From assembly GCF_009914755.1 (NCBI RefSeq), contig NC_060938.1: a stretch of DNA of 64,000 nt; one strand, written 5' to 3'. A model generated the notes under the pieces. That model made no database searches and was not told where the DNA came from. It saw nothing but the letters and a program-made list of their open reading frames with translations. Shown here piece after piece: positions 1 to 13,860 of the stretch. Source of the stretch: the human T2T-CHM13v2.0 reference genome, Homo sapiens. Numbering within the stretch: position 1 is the stretch's first letter; each line of letters begins with the position of its first letter. Made by a program: the position numbers and the translations under genes.

Positions 1-564
1 CACAAGTGAGCCACACAGACAGGTCGAGGAGAGATCTTGCTCCAGGTCTGAGTTAGCTGTGTAGACCAGACCAGTTCTGTCAGGATATCTGACATGATAT
101 GATGCCTAGCTGATGATAAGAGATGATAAGACCTAGGGAAGTCAACTCGTCCTAACCAAGCCCAAAGAAGTCAAATGTCATTTACTTCCTTTAAAATGAG
201 ATTTACAACTTCTCAACAGATTAAATTCCCAGTTTTTCAAATTAGTCCATTTTTGTTTGTTTCCACTTATTTTTATAGGCAGATATATATAAGAAGCTAA
301 ATCATAATCCACTTCCTCATTCAGCACAGAATTAGAGCAAGGGGAATTGATTGGATTCAAGAGGCATTTATCCACTTCTCTTAAAAATTCTGGAGACGAA
401 CTGAAAAGTATTCAGAGCATACCTCTTTCATAGATGCAGTCACAGATCACCCATTTTCTGTCACCACAATCTTCCACATGGGTATCATAATATTAATTTC
501 TCTTCATCTAGGTTGATATACTTTACTAGCTTAAGGCTTGATTGTAATATGCATACAACCACAG

Positions 565-1555
565 ATACCTAATGAGTACCTACTAAGGGCCAGGCACCAT
601 GGCAGGATCTGAGGACACAAAAATAAATGAGACAAGGCCTAGGTCCTTGAATCTAGTAGAGGGAAATAGCCATATAAACAAATAGATGTCTTAAAAAGAT
701 GTTATAGATACTTTGAAGGAAGTCCATGCCAGGTACTAAGTTCAATTCTAGCTGGCTAGCATGGGGTGTGGCTGGTTAGAAAAGGTTTCTTAGTGGCAAA
801 TGACTTCAGTTGTATATATGAACCAGCTAAAGGGAGGAGGAAGGAGAACATTCCAGCCACAAGGAATACTATGGGCAAAGACTGTCATTACATAGTTTTG
901 TATATTTGAAGAATTTCCACTGGTTTGTAGAAATTCAGAAAAAAAAGACGCAGGCTAAACATAAGAAGAAATAATGAGCTAAGTTGTATGCATGTCAAGT
1001 TACAGGTGTCCATGGAAAACTCTAGCAGAATGATCCATTAGGCAGTAGATAATAGGTCTGGAGATGGAGAAGAAAGTAGAGCAGGAAATAGAGATTTGAA
1101 AATCATCAATACTCATGTTGAGTTGCAGTCTGGGGAGTGAATGCAATTGCCCCCAGGAGGGCATCCAGAGTGAAAACTGGGAAATAACTGAAAATTGTTT
1201 CAAAAAATGACATCTGGGAAACAATTTAAAAGGCATACAGAAAAAGAGGTAGCCATGATGGAGGCTGAAAGGGATTCAAAGTAAGTGGTTTGAGAACCAA
1301 GAAGGGAGAGAGCTCTAAGGACAAGGATAAATGTATAGGAAGAGCCAGAAAAGACAAGAACTGGGAAAGGCCTGTTGGATTCTGCTATAAATGGGTCACT
1401 AGGGCCTTTGGCAAAGTGGCTTAATATAGAGTACCTTAGACAGAAGCTCATGTTAGCAGACTAAAAGATGAAGCACACAAGTAGGCAAAGGATGTGTAGC
1501 TATTATTTGAGGAGATCAGCTTTACAGGAAAGGAAAGGAGTATTAGCCAGAGAAT
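565..1555 (-). mobile_element. L2 LINE 3' region, degraded
   Basis: Resembles reverse complement of the L2 3' end (gagtacctactaagggccaggcacc...gaggacacaaaaataaatgagaca; gagatttgaaaatcatca). Boundaries approximate. Confidence 0.7.
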
Positions 1556-1571
1556 TAACAGATTTTTTTTC

Positions 1572-1998
1572 ACCAATTTTATTCAACGTTTTACTGGCAG
1601 ACCTATCCATTGGAATAAAGCTATAAAAAAAAATCAAAGGCCTAAATTTTGGAAGAAAGAAGTAAAGGTGTTCCTACTCACAGATATGATTTTTTTTTTG
1701 TAGAAAATCTTAGGGAATCTATAAAACAATTACTGGAGTAATAAATGAGTCTAACAAGGTCACAGAATACAAAGCTAATCAACTGAATTCTTATATACTA
1801 CCAATAACAATTTGGAAAATAAAGTTTTTTAAGAACCCAATTTCAGTAATATATAAAACAAAAAAAAAACCCTGGAAATAAATCAACAAAAGATATATAA
1901 TACTTCTACACTGAAAACTATAAAACATTGCTGAGAGATAGTAGAAAAGTTCAAAATAAATGAAGAGATAAACTATGTTCATGGATTGAAAGACTAAT
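1572..1998 (+). mobile_element. Old L1M ORF2 fragment
   Basis: L1 ORF2-like text: ttattcaacgttttactgg...gaagtaaaggtgttcctactcacagatatgat...atgttcatggattgaaagact. Confidence 0.8.
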
Positions 1999-2949
1999 TA
2001 AGTGGTGCACAATTACTCAAAATAGAAGGAAGAAATGCTGGTTAGGCAATCAATCAGTTAGAGAGATATCCCTGAGAAGCAATAAGCTTTCCATTTTTAA
2101 AAAGTCCACTGCACTTAGGGTCTTACCACCAGGTGAAATATGCTGTGTTGGGCAGCTCCAATTTGGATTAATTTGTGGTCTCACCATCCTTTCCTGCAAT
2201 AAAAGCCCTCATCCCAATTGCTGAACTGTCTTTAATATATTCATTTTTAATAACAATTTATTTGGTTTATCCATCTACCCCACCCCAATACTTACTCCAA
2301 ATAGTATGTGATCCTTATGTGCAAGGCCCCATCATATTCATTTTGTCAATAGTGCAGGACACATATTAAGTGTTCAACACATGGTTGTTGAACTGGGAAA
2401 AGACAATAGAAAGAAACTATAATTCAACATACATTCCTTACAATATTTTAAATTTATATATGCATATAATAATAGGAATCTATTATTTTTCTTTCCTACT
2501 CCTAGACCACAAAATGCCACCAGTTCAAACAATGTTTAAAAGGCATACATCTTAAGTAACAGTTAACTGCCTTTAACTCAAGGCAGTATGGTGCTCTTTG
2601 ACAGAAAGCTGGAGCTAATAGTAACTTGGTCACTCAATCACTCAGGCATTGTTAGCCCTATTTTAAAAACGAGTAAACCATAGCTTACAGCAATTCAGTT
2701 ACTGATAGAATTAAATGAAAGAATCCCAAATACAGTACACTTTCAGTAATTATTCTCTATTTTAGTTAAAGTTATATGTTTTAAGCTGTATGTAAGCAAT
2801 ATGTTTCCCTAAATAGTGCATAATTATTCTTTCCATAGGCTGTTTACCTCGAATTATAGTCAGCCACAGTGCTAAAAGCAGATGTTAGTCACTTCCTGAA
2901 AAGTCTTCATCCCCAAGATCTCAGGTCCTACAACTCTTGGTTTTTCCTA

Positions 2950-3287
2950 ACCTAAGTCATCCTTCTATTTTCCCAACCACTGTGTTAGCTTCCTTCTCTT
3001 CTTCAACAGACTCTAAGCTGCATGATTCTGTTTTATCTTCACTAAGCATGGTTTCCTTCAAATAACTTAATGTAATTCATTTGCTTATTTGTTATTCATT
3101 CAAAATCTAATGGGAACCTCTGTCAAGCTGCTTCTAATCTTGTTTTGCCTTTTTTCTGACTTGCCTACTATACAGGAAGTTCCAAATCTGTTTTACTCAC
3201 CACTGTATCTCCAGCTCCTATCATAGGATCAGAAACATAATATACACTCAATAAAACTGGGTAAAGGTGTAAATAAATGAAAGAATT
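2950..3287 (+). mobile_element. L2 3' end fragment
   Basis: ctgttttactcaccactgtatctccagctccta...ctcaataaa...aaataaatgaaagaa resembles the L2 terminus. Confidence 0.6.
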
Positions 3288-3297
3288 AACATATAAG

Positions 3298-6200
3298 ATT
3301 TCCACTTCTGCATAAAAGTACAAGGAGCTCCATGAAGCCACTCTCCAGTGAAACTGGTGAAAATTATGATTAAGAAAAAAAAAGGAACACTTAAAGGAAA
3401 TGGTTCTAAGGGCTTGCAAATGAAGAAACATTTATTCAACAAAATCTACTAAAACCCAGTAAGAACTGCAAGAGCGTGTAGGATTTGAATGAAGAATCAT
3501 ACCCTCCCTCCTCCTAGCAGTGAAACAGAAACTCCACTCCTGACTTGGTATAGCCAAAGATACAAGGCTTCCTTCCTCTCTCTCAAGCACCCAGCCAGAG
3601 GCTATTTCCCAGGAGGCAAAGGATGTCAGCAATTCTCATCCTGCCCTCAGCAACAGCCTCAACTGTTGCTGAAACTAAATTCTTGGAAAGTGCAACAGTG
3701 AGGTGGGAGCTGCCATTTTCTGCCCAACCTCCACTCATAGGATGAAGAACATGGTGCCACTGAGAATACCAGGGCTCTTAATGCCCTAACTGCAGCTCAT
3801 GGGGTAGGGGTTCCATACCAAGGAATGCAAGCTGAAGACACCAGGGTCTGCTGCCTCCATCCAGTGAGCACTTAGCTCTGAAAGCAGGCCTGTCACTCAG
3901 AAGGAAGTAATTTATTGTCTCCATCCCTCCTACCCCATTCAAAGAGCTCCCAAATCTCTTCCCCAACGAATTTACTTCATTTGCAACAAAGTGTGGAGTT
4001 TAGCCCCAAGGGCACTCTCGGAAATAAGGGAATTGTGGTGACAGGAAATTGGGAAGAGATTGATAGATTCAATTGAAGGGGACTAGTTCACTGGAGAGAA
4101 ATGGGAAAACAGGCAGCTGGGAAGAACAACTGGAGTCTGAACAAATCCCAAATACTGCCCTCTGCAAAGTTATCTTCCAAGGAGCCTGAATTTAATTAGT
4201 TTATGAAGCAATTTATGCCCCAAGACATTGTTGAAAACAATAGAGCAATCAGCTGGCAATTAGTAGTGCTTAATAGCTGGATGTGGTCAGAGAAAGAGAC
4301 TGTCAAAGACTGTCACTGCCAAAACCACTTTCATCTTAGGGTGACTGTAGGCATACCCAAGATTGTGTCCCCTGAGGAGCAACATCAGAGGCTTCACACT
4401 GTAGGGGGGAAACAGACTGCACTAAAATAATCCAGATAGTCATTAAATAAGTACATAAGCAAATAACAATAATAAGTCCCACAGTGGGGAATCAATACCC
4501 AGAGTTGCTACAATATATTATCTAATATGTTCAGTTTTTATTTTTAAAATGGGACATGCAAATAAACAGGAAAGTATGATTCATTCACCAGAAAAAAGTA
4601 GGAAACAGAAACTGCCTGTGAGAGCAACCAGATGTTAAATTTAACAATGACTTCAAAGTAGCCATTATAAATGTGTTCAAAGAGCTAAAGGAAATCATAA
4701 TTAAAGAGCTAAAGGAAGGTCTGATGACAATGTTGCATCAAATACAGAATCTCTATAAAGAGATAGAAATTATAAGGAAAAAACACAGTGGAAATTCTGG
4801 AGTTGAAAAGTACAATACCTGAAATTTTAAAATTCACTAGAGGAGCTCAACAGTAGATTTGAACTGGCAGAACAAATAATTAGCAAACTTGAGATAGATT
4901 GACAGAGATTATACAATCTGAGGAACAGAGAGAAAAAAGAATGAAGAAAAACAAATAGAGCCGTAGAAGATGTGAGACTCCATTAAGGATATCAATATAC
5001 TCATAATGTAAGTATCAGAAAGAGAGGAGAAATACAAAGGGAAGAAAAAATATTTAAAGAAATAATAGCTGAAAAGTTCCCAAGTTTATTGAAAAACATT
5101 AATCTATACTTCCAGGAAGCCCAGAGAACTCCAAGTAGGATAAACAAGGATCTGCAAATTGATATATTGTAGTAAAAATATTGAAAGCCAAAGACAACAA
5201 GGAAATCCTGAAAGCAGAAAGCAAAAATTAACTCATTCTCATACAAGGGAACCCCAATAAGGTGAACAGCTGACTTCTCATCAGGAACAATGGACTCCAG
5301 AAGGTAATGGTATAATACATTTAAAATGCTCAGAGAAAAACAGCTGTCAGACAATAATATTCTATCCTACAAAACTATCTTTCAAAAATGAAGGCAGAAT
5401 AGATTCCCAGATAAACAAAAACTGAGCAAATTTGTTATTAGCAGACATGACTTACAAGAAATACTAAAAATATTTCTTCAGGTTGAAAGCCCCAGATAAG
5501 AATTTGAATCCGCATACTAAAAAACAAAAAGAACCTGTAAAGGTAATTATGTAACTATAAAAGACAGTATAAATGCATATTTTTCTCCATTTCTTAACTG
5601 ATTTTTAAAAAACCAATTGTATAAAACAGTATATTAAAAAAATTATTGTTGGGCCGAAACACATAGAAATGTAATATATTTGCCAATATCCTAACAAAGG
5701 AGGTGGGTGTAAGCAAAGCTCTATTGGACTAAAGAAATGACTATAGATGACTCAGGTCTACAGGAACAAGTAAAGAAAATAAGAAATGATAAATGAGAAG
5801 ATTAATATCACAAAAGCTATATATACTTGTTCTCCCATCTTCTTTCAGCTTCTTTAAAAGTCATAAAATTATATAAAATAAGTTGTAATAATATACTTTG
5901 AGGTTTGTAACATTTATAGAAGTAAAATGTATAACAATAATATGCATAACCAATATAAATATAATACTATGTATATAACAAAAAGGGAAAAAATATAATA
6001 GAGCTATATAGAAATAATGTTTCTATATCACACTGAAATTAAGTTAGTATAAATCTGAAGTAGACTCAACAATAGATAAAATCAACAAAACTAAAAGCTG
6101 GTTCTTTGAAAAGATTAACAAAATTGACAAACCTCTAGCTAGACTGACTGAGAAAAATATAGAGAAAACTCAAATTATTAGATTTGGAAATGAAAGACTG

Positions 6201-9200
6201 GGTATTACAACTGATCTTACAGAAATAAAAAAAATCATACAGGAATACTATGAAGAATTGTGTGCTAATAAATCCAACAACTTAGATGAAATGAAGAAAT
6301 TCCTAGAAAGACACAAACTATTCAAACTGACTCAAGAAGAAATAGACAATATGAATATACCTATAACACAAGTAAAGAGATTCAATTAGTACACAAAGAA
6401 AAGCCCAGGCCCAGATGGCCTCACTGGTTAATTCTACCAACACTTACTTAAAGAAGAATTGATACAAATCCTTCAAAAACTATTTCAAAAAATACAAGAG
6501 GAGGGAACTCTTTCCAACTCACTCTATAAGGCCAAAACCCTCAATTATCCTGAAAATGAAACCAAAAGATATCACAGAAAAGAAATCTACAGACCATTAT
6601 CTGTTATTAATATGGACACAAAATCCCCAAAAAAATAGTAGCAAACGGAATTCAGCACCATATCAAAAGAATTATAAACCATGACCAAATAGGATTTATC
6701 TCAGGATGCAAGGTTGGTTTAACAACTGAAAATCAATTAATGTAATACACCATATCAGCAGAATAAAAAATAAACCATATCATCATCTCGATAGACAGAG
6801 TAAAAGCATTTGACAAAATCTAAAACCTTTTCATGATAAAAGCACTCAACAAACTAGAAATAGAAGGAAACTTTCTCAACTTGATAAAGGGCATCTACAA
6901 AAACTCGCAGCAAACATCATGCTTAATGGTAAAATACTGGATCTTTTTTCCCTAAGCTCAAGAACATGACAAGGATGTCCATTCTTGCCACTTCCATTCA
7001 ACATTATACTAGAGATTTAAACTAGGGTAATTAGGCATAAGGAAAAATAAATAAATAAAAGGCATTCATATTGGAAATGAAAAAGTAAAACTATCTCTAC
7101 TTGCAGATGGCACAATTTTGTATACTGAAAGTCCTAAGGAATCCCTGAAAAACTATTGGACTAAATAGATGACTTCAGCAAGGTTATAAGACACAAGATC
7201 AATATACAAAAATCAACTATAATTCTATATATTTTTAATGAATAATCCAAAAATGAAATTAAAAAACAATTCCATTTGATAGCATCAAAAAGAATAAAAT
7301 ATTTAGGAATAAATTTAACAAAGGAAGTGTAAAACTTATACTCTAAAATCTACAAGTCATTGTTAAAATAAAGAAGATATAAATAAATAAAAACACGCTA
7401 TCTTTATGGATAAGAAGACTTAGTATTTTTAAGATGCCAATACTCTCCAAATTTATCTGTACATTCAACACAATCCTCATCAGAATTCCAAGTGGTTTCT
7501 TTGTGGAAATTGACCAGCTGATACTAAAATTCACGTGGAATTGCAAGGGATCCAGAATAGCCAAAACAATCTTGAAAAAGATGAGCAAAGTTGAAGGACT
7601 CACAATTATCAATTTCAAAACTTACTTCAAAACAACAGTAATCAGGACAGTGTGGTATTGGCATAAGGACAGACATAGATCAATGGAATAGATTGAGAGT
7701 CCTAAGACAAATCCATGTGTCTATGGTCAACTAATTTTTGACAAGGGCACCAAGACCATTTCATGGAGAAAGAATAGTCTTTCAGCAAATGATGCTGGGT
7801 ATCTTAGTACATTTTGGGCTGCTATAACACAATGCCACAGATAGAGTATTTTATAAAGAACAGAAATTCATTTCTCACAGTTCTGGAGGCTGAGAAGTTC
7901 AAGATCAAGTTGCCAGCAGGTTTGGTTGTCTGACAAGGGTCCAGTCTCTGCTTCTAAGATGAAGCCTTGAACAATGTGTCCTCCAACAAGGAAGAATGCT
8001 GTGTTCTCACATAGCACAAAGTGGAAGGGTGAAAAGCAATGAACTTCTTCCATTAAGCCCTTTTATAACAACATTAATCCATTGATGAGGATGGAGCCAT
8101 TAGGACCTAAACATCTCTGAAAAGGTCCCATCTCCTAACATTGTTGCATTGGGGATTATGTTTCCAACACATAAATTTGGGGGGACATATTCAAACCCTG
8201 ACACTGGAACTACTGGGTAATAACATGCAAAAGAATAATATTGGACACTAACCTCATAGGACATATAAAAATTAACTCAAAAGGATCAAAAACCTAAATG
8301 TAAGAGCAAAAGCTATAAAATTCTTCGAAGAAAACATAGGTATAAATATGCATTACTTTGCATTTGACAATGGCTTTCTAAGTATGGCACCAAAAGCACA
8401 AACACCAAAAGAAAAACATAGGTTAATTGGACTTTGTCAAAATTTAAAACTTCTAGGCTTTGAAGGGCACTATAAAGAAAGCAAAAAGACAATCTACCAA
8501 GGAGAAAATATTTACAAATCATGTATCTTATCAGGGACTTGTATCTAGACTATATAGAGAATTTTAAAAATTCAATAATAAAAAGAGACGTAACCCTATT
8601 TTAAAAGGATTGCAAAGGATCTGAATAGATATTTTTTCCAGAGAATGTGTACTAATGGCCAATAAACATATGAAAAGATGCGTGACATTGTTAGTCATCA
8701 GGAAATGCGACTCAAAACCACAATGAGATATAATTTCACACCCACTAGGATGGCTAAAATAAAAAAAGACAGATAAAAACAAGTATTGGCAAGGATGTGG
8801 AGAAACTGGAACCCTCATACATTGCTGGTGGGTATGTAAGATGGTGAAGCCACTTTTGAGAGCAATCTGTCAGGACCTTAAACTCTTAAATAGAGTGTTA
8901 CCACATGACCCAGAAATTCTACACCTAGGAATATACCAAAATAAATGAAAACATGTCCACGCAAAAACTTGCACATGAATGTTTATAGAAACATTATTCA
9001 TAACAGCCAAAAGGTGGAAACAACCTAAATGTCTATCAGCTGGTAAAAGCATAAACAAAATGTGGTATATTCATACAATGGAATATTATTTAGCCACAAA
9101 AGGAAAGAAGTACCAATACATGCAACATGGCTGGACCTTGAAAACATTATGCTAAGTGAAATAAGTCAGTCACAAAAGATTAAATCACATTATATCACGT

Positions 9201-9480
9201 ATTATATGAAATGTCTACTTATATAAAATGCCCAGAATAGGCAAATTTATAAAGATAGAAAGTAGATTAGTGGTTGCTTAGAGTTGGGGACAATAGAGGG
9301 TATGGACTGATCGCTAAAGCACACAGGTTTTCTTTTTGAGGGGATGAAAAATTCTAAAATTAACCATAGTGATGGTTGTACATATCTGTAAACATATTAA
9401 AAACCATTAAATTGTACACTTAGATGAATTAATTGAATGGTATATGAATTATATCTCAATAAAGCTATAATAAAAATAAT
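3298..9480 (+). mobile_element. Near full-length old LINE-1 (L1MB7/8-like) with internal deletion, interrupted by an MST LTR
   Basis: 5'UTR ~3300-4500, ORF1 remnant ~4550-5480, and ORF2 remnant from ~6068 (track ORF 7434-7691 MPILSKFICTFNTILIRIP...TVWYWHKDRH is L1 ORF2-like). L1MB-type 3'UTR ends ggtatatgaattatatctcaataaagc plus A-rich tail. Confidence 0.9.
7800..8203 (-). mobile_element. MaLR solo LTR (MSTC/MSTD-like)
   Basis: tatcttagtacattttgggctgctataac...ggggacatattcaaaccctgaca. 5-bp TSD ctggg (7795-7799) / ctgga (8204-8208). Confidence 0.88.
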
Positions 9481-9732
9481 ATGCATATACTGTTTTAGGA
9501 AAAGGGAATAAAAGATTTTAAAATGTTTCTTTTTCACCTGTTTTTGTAAAGGGGCATATTCTGAAGCCTTATGAAAATTTTGAAATTAGAAGTGAAAATG
9601 AAACATACCTTAAACAAATTTAAACAAGGTAGAACTTTTTGTTTGGAATACATTTTCCTAAATCTGCTGTTCTATCTTGATCACAAGGATCCTCCTTAGG
9701 GAGGCCTCTCCAGAAGCTACTGGGTCACATGA

Positions 9733-10088
<356 letters not shown>

Positions 10089-10454
10089 TGAATCTAATAA
10101 TTTCTAAAACTTGACTTGTATTTATATATTGTTTGTTTATTTTACTTTCCTAGTAATTCATTTTTACGGAATTTTTTTCAAACATCAGGTTGTGACAGAT
10201 TTAAACTTTCAAAAAACAGAACTGGTCCTTCACCACAGATAGTTTGAGAAATACTGGTTTAGGTGACCATCAAAAATTTTTGCTCTGCTTCCATAATGTG
10301 TTAATGCCAAGAAGTGTTCACAAAGCCAAGGATTGTATTTCCCCATGCCCTTACGTGGAGGTAAGAGAAAACAATTATCCTCAGAAAAATAATGTGAGCA
10401 AAAGTGATGTTGTGTCCCTCCTGAAATGGTTAATAAGGGACTGTGCCCCTTAAC

Positions 10455-10954
10455 TGTGATAACTTTATGCATCCACTTGACTGGGTTAAGGGATGCTCAG
10501 ATAGCTGGTAAAATATTATTTCTGCATGTGTCTGTAAGAGTGTTTTAGGAAGAGATTGGCATTTCAATCCGTAGACTGAGCAAAGATCTATCAACATGTG
10601 CAGGCATCATCCAATCCATTGAGGGCCTGCCTGAATAGGACAAAAAGGCAGAGGAGGGTGAACACCTACCTTCTTCTTGAGCTGGGATATCTACCTTCTC
10701 CTGCCCTCAGATATTGAAGCTTGCCTGGTTCTTAGGCCTTCAGATCATAGGACTTTCACCAGCAGCCTCCCCAGGTTCACAGGCCTTCAGCATGAGACTG
10801 AGAGTTACACCATCCCCTCTCTGGGTGCTCTGCCTTCAGATTTAGGCTAATTTACCCCTGGCTCTCCTGTTCTCTAACTTGCAGACAGCATATTGTGGGA
10901 CTTCTCCGCCTCTGTAATCACATGAGGCAATTCCCATAATAAATCTCTCTCTCT

Positions 10955-10988
<34 letters not shown>

Positions 10989-11010
10989 CTTATATATCTA
11001 TATATATATA
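10455..11010 (+). mobile_element. ERVL LTR (MLT2B-like), 3' terminus missing, nested in an MLT1-like relic
   Basis: tgtgataactttatgcatccacttgactgggttaagggatgctcagatagctggtaaaatattatttctg...ttcccataataaatctctct. Confidence 0.85.
10957..10988 (+). repeat. (AGAT)8 tetranucleotide microsatellite, flanked by (CT)n and (TA)n
   Basis: Direct count of units. Confidence 0.95.
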
Positions 11011-11211
11011 CCCTTTTCCTAAAGACAACACAGAAGGCCATAGACCAGGACAACCACAGAGACTCTGATATGTCTGTGAAATAGGTTTTTATTACATTAA
11101 GCTCAGGACTTATTTGTTACACTGCTAGGATTACCTTAACTAATAAGGTGCTTAATAAATGCTTGTTGAATGAGTGAAAGAACAAATGAATGCTCAAATG
11201 GTAAAATGCCA

Positions 11212-11411
11212 TTGGAGCAGCACTACTACAAGCACCAGGCAACAAACTACTGTTCGCCAATCAATAAGAACGTAAAGATCTTGTGCCAGAATAGAAATCA
11301 AGACATTCTTGCAAAAGAAAAATTTAGTAAATTAAGCAATGTGCTTATTATTGCTACTAGGAACAAATTATGAACCAACATCGGTCCACAGACCACACTT
11401 AGAGAACACTG
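11212..11411. mobile_element. hAT-Charlie-type MITE relic
   Basis: Terminus ggtccacagaccacacttagagaacactg resembles hAT-Charlie MER termini. Family not resolved. Confidence 0.45.
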
Positions 11412-11744
11412 AATTACAGGACATTTTCTAAGTATTGAAAGAATCTAAAATTATGTTCAAAACCACACAAATAGTATTTATAAAATCCATTCAAACTAAT
11501 CTCCCATTTTCGGTTCACTTCTAAATTGCTTATTATCTGATAAAGTATGATTGTTAATTAAATTATATATATTTAAAACAGATTTATACATGTGTTTATG
11601 CATCCAGCCATCCATCATCTATCTATCCAAATTTTAAACTCTTTAAAGAGGAGCATGGATCAAAGGACTAAATACATACCAGAGAGTAACCAACTGTTTT
11701 ATCTAAATAATACATACATATGTACAACATGCAAAAATATGTCA

Positions 11745-11905
11745 GTGCTTCAGAAAGTACGAAACACTTTTTAAACACACTTTTCATATTTGTTATTTAA
11801 TCTTCGTTATAATCTCATGGGATAAAGTTACTATTATTCTCATGTTACAAATTTAAAAACTGGGGCTACCTAGGCAAAGTGATATTAGGAGATAATACAG
11901 GTAAT
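11745..11905 (-). mobile_element. MIR SINE
   Basis: tatttaatcttcgttataatctcatgggataaagttactattattctcatgttacaaat...aaactggggct resembles the MIR core, reverse. Confidence 0.65.
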
Positions 11906-12759
11906 TATTGACAAGCTCAAATATAAATACTACTAAAGAAAAAAAATGGGAAATGGGGACCCGAATTATCCAGTTAATCTACCTTTACCTGTCAAACTCT
12001 TTGAACAATGTCTTCACTTTGTTAATGCTGGCACAGTCATGGTACTGTGGCACGTAAGAAAAACAAAGGGTCTGATTTACATTGCTGTTTATGTGCAGCT
12101 GTTATGTATAAAAAGCGAAGGCTCACATTTGGCCATAATTTCTGCTTGCAAAAATAATTTGAGTAAACACAAGTTATTTTTTAAGAATCGACTATTCCCA
12201 TGTATTAAGCCTTCTTTTGCAAACACACTGACCAGGACTGGGAATCTGTTGCAACATCTCAATCCTTTGAAGTACTTTCCTTCTTTTAAGTTATCTTTCA
12301 TCTTTCAACCTATAAACTCACAATCTGCCAGAGTCTTGTAGCCAGGTTTCTAGAGTAAGCACGCCAGAGGTCAACCTGCTCAGTTCCTGAGCCACCTGCA
12401 CCACATATTTGTCAGATTTGAGCTTCAAGTTTTCTGATACTTATATAATCTTCAGTTAAAAATTTTTAAATACATGTCTTATTATGACAAGCCCACAACT
12501 CTGCCCACTTTCATCTCAGAAATTCCAAAGATCTGGGAGAATCCATTTATTCAGATAAGCCTCTAAACACTTAGGTGGTCCTTGGAAACTGACCCAAACT
12601 CAGACATGCCAAGGTCTCCTCACCACTAATCCACATCCTTAGGCTCAGGCTGCCCTATAACTGGATGTACCAGAGATTTCTGCAGGACCTATTCTCCATG
12701 TTACACTTTTTCAATATGATTAGGAAGGGAAGGAAGTAGCATTTACCTTTATTCTTTCC

Positions 12760-13860
<1,101 letters not shown>

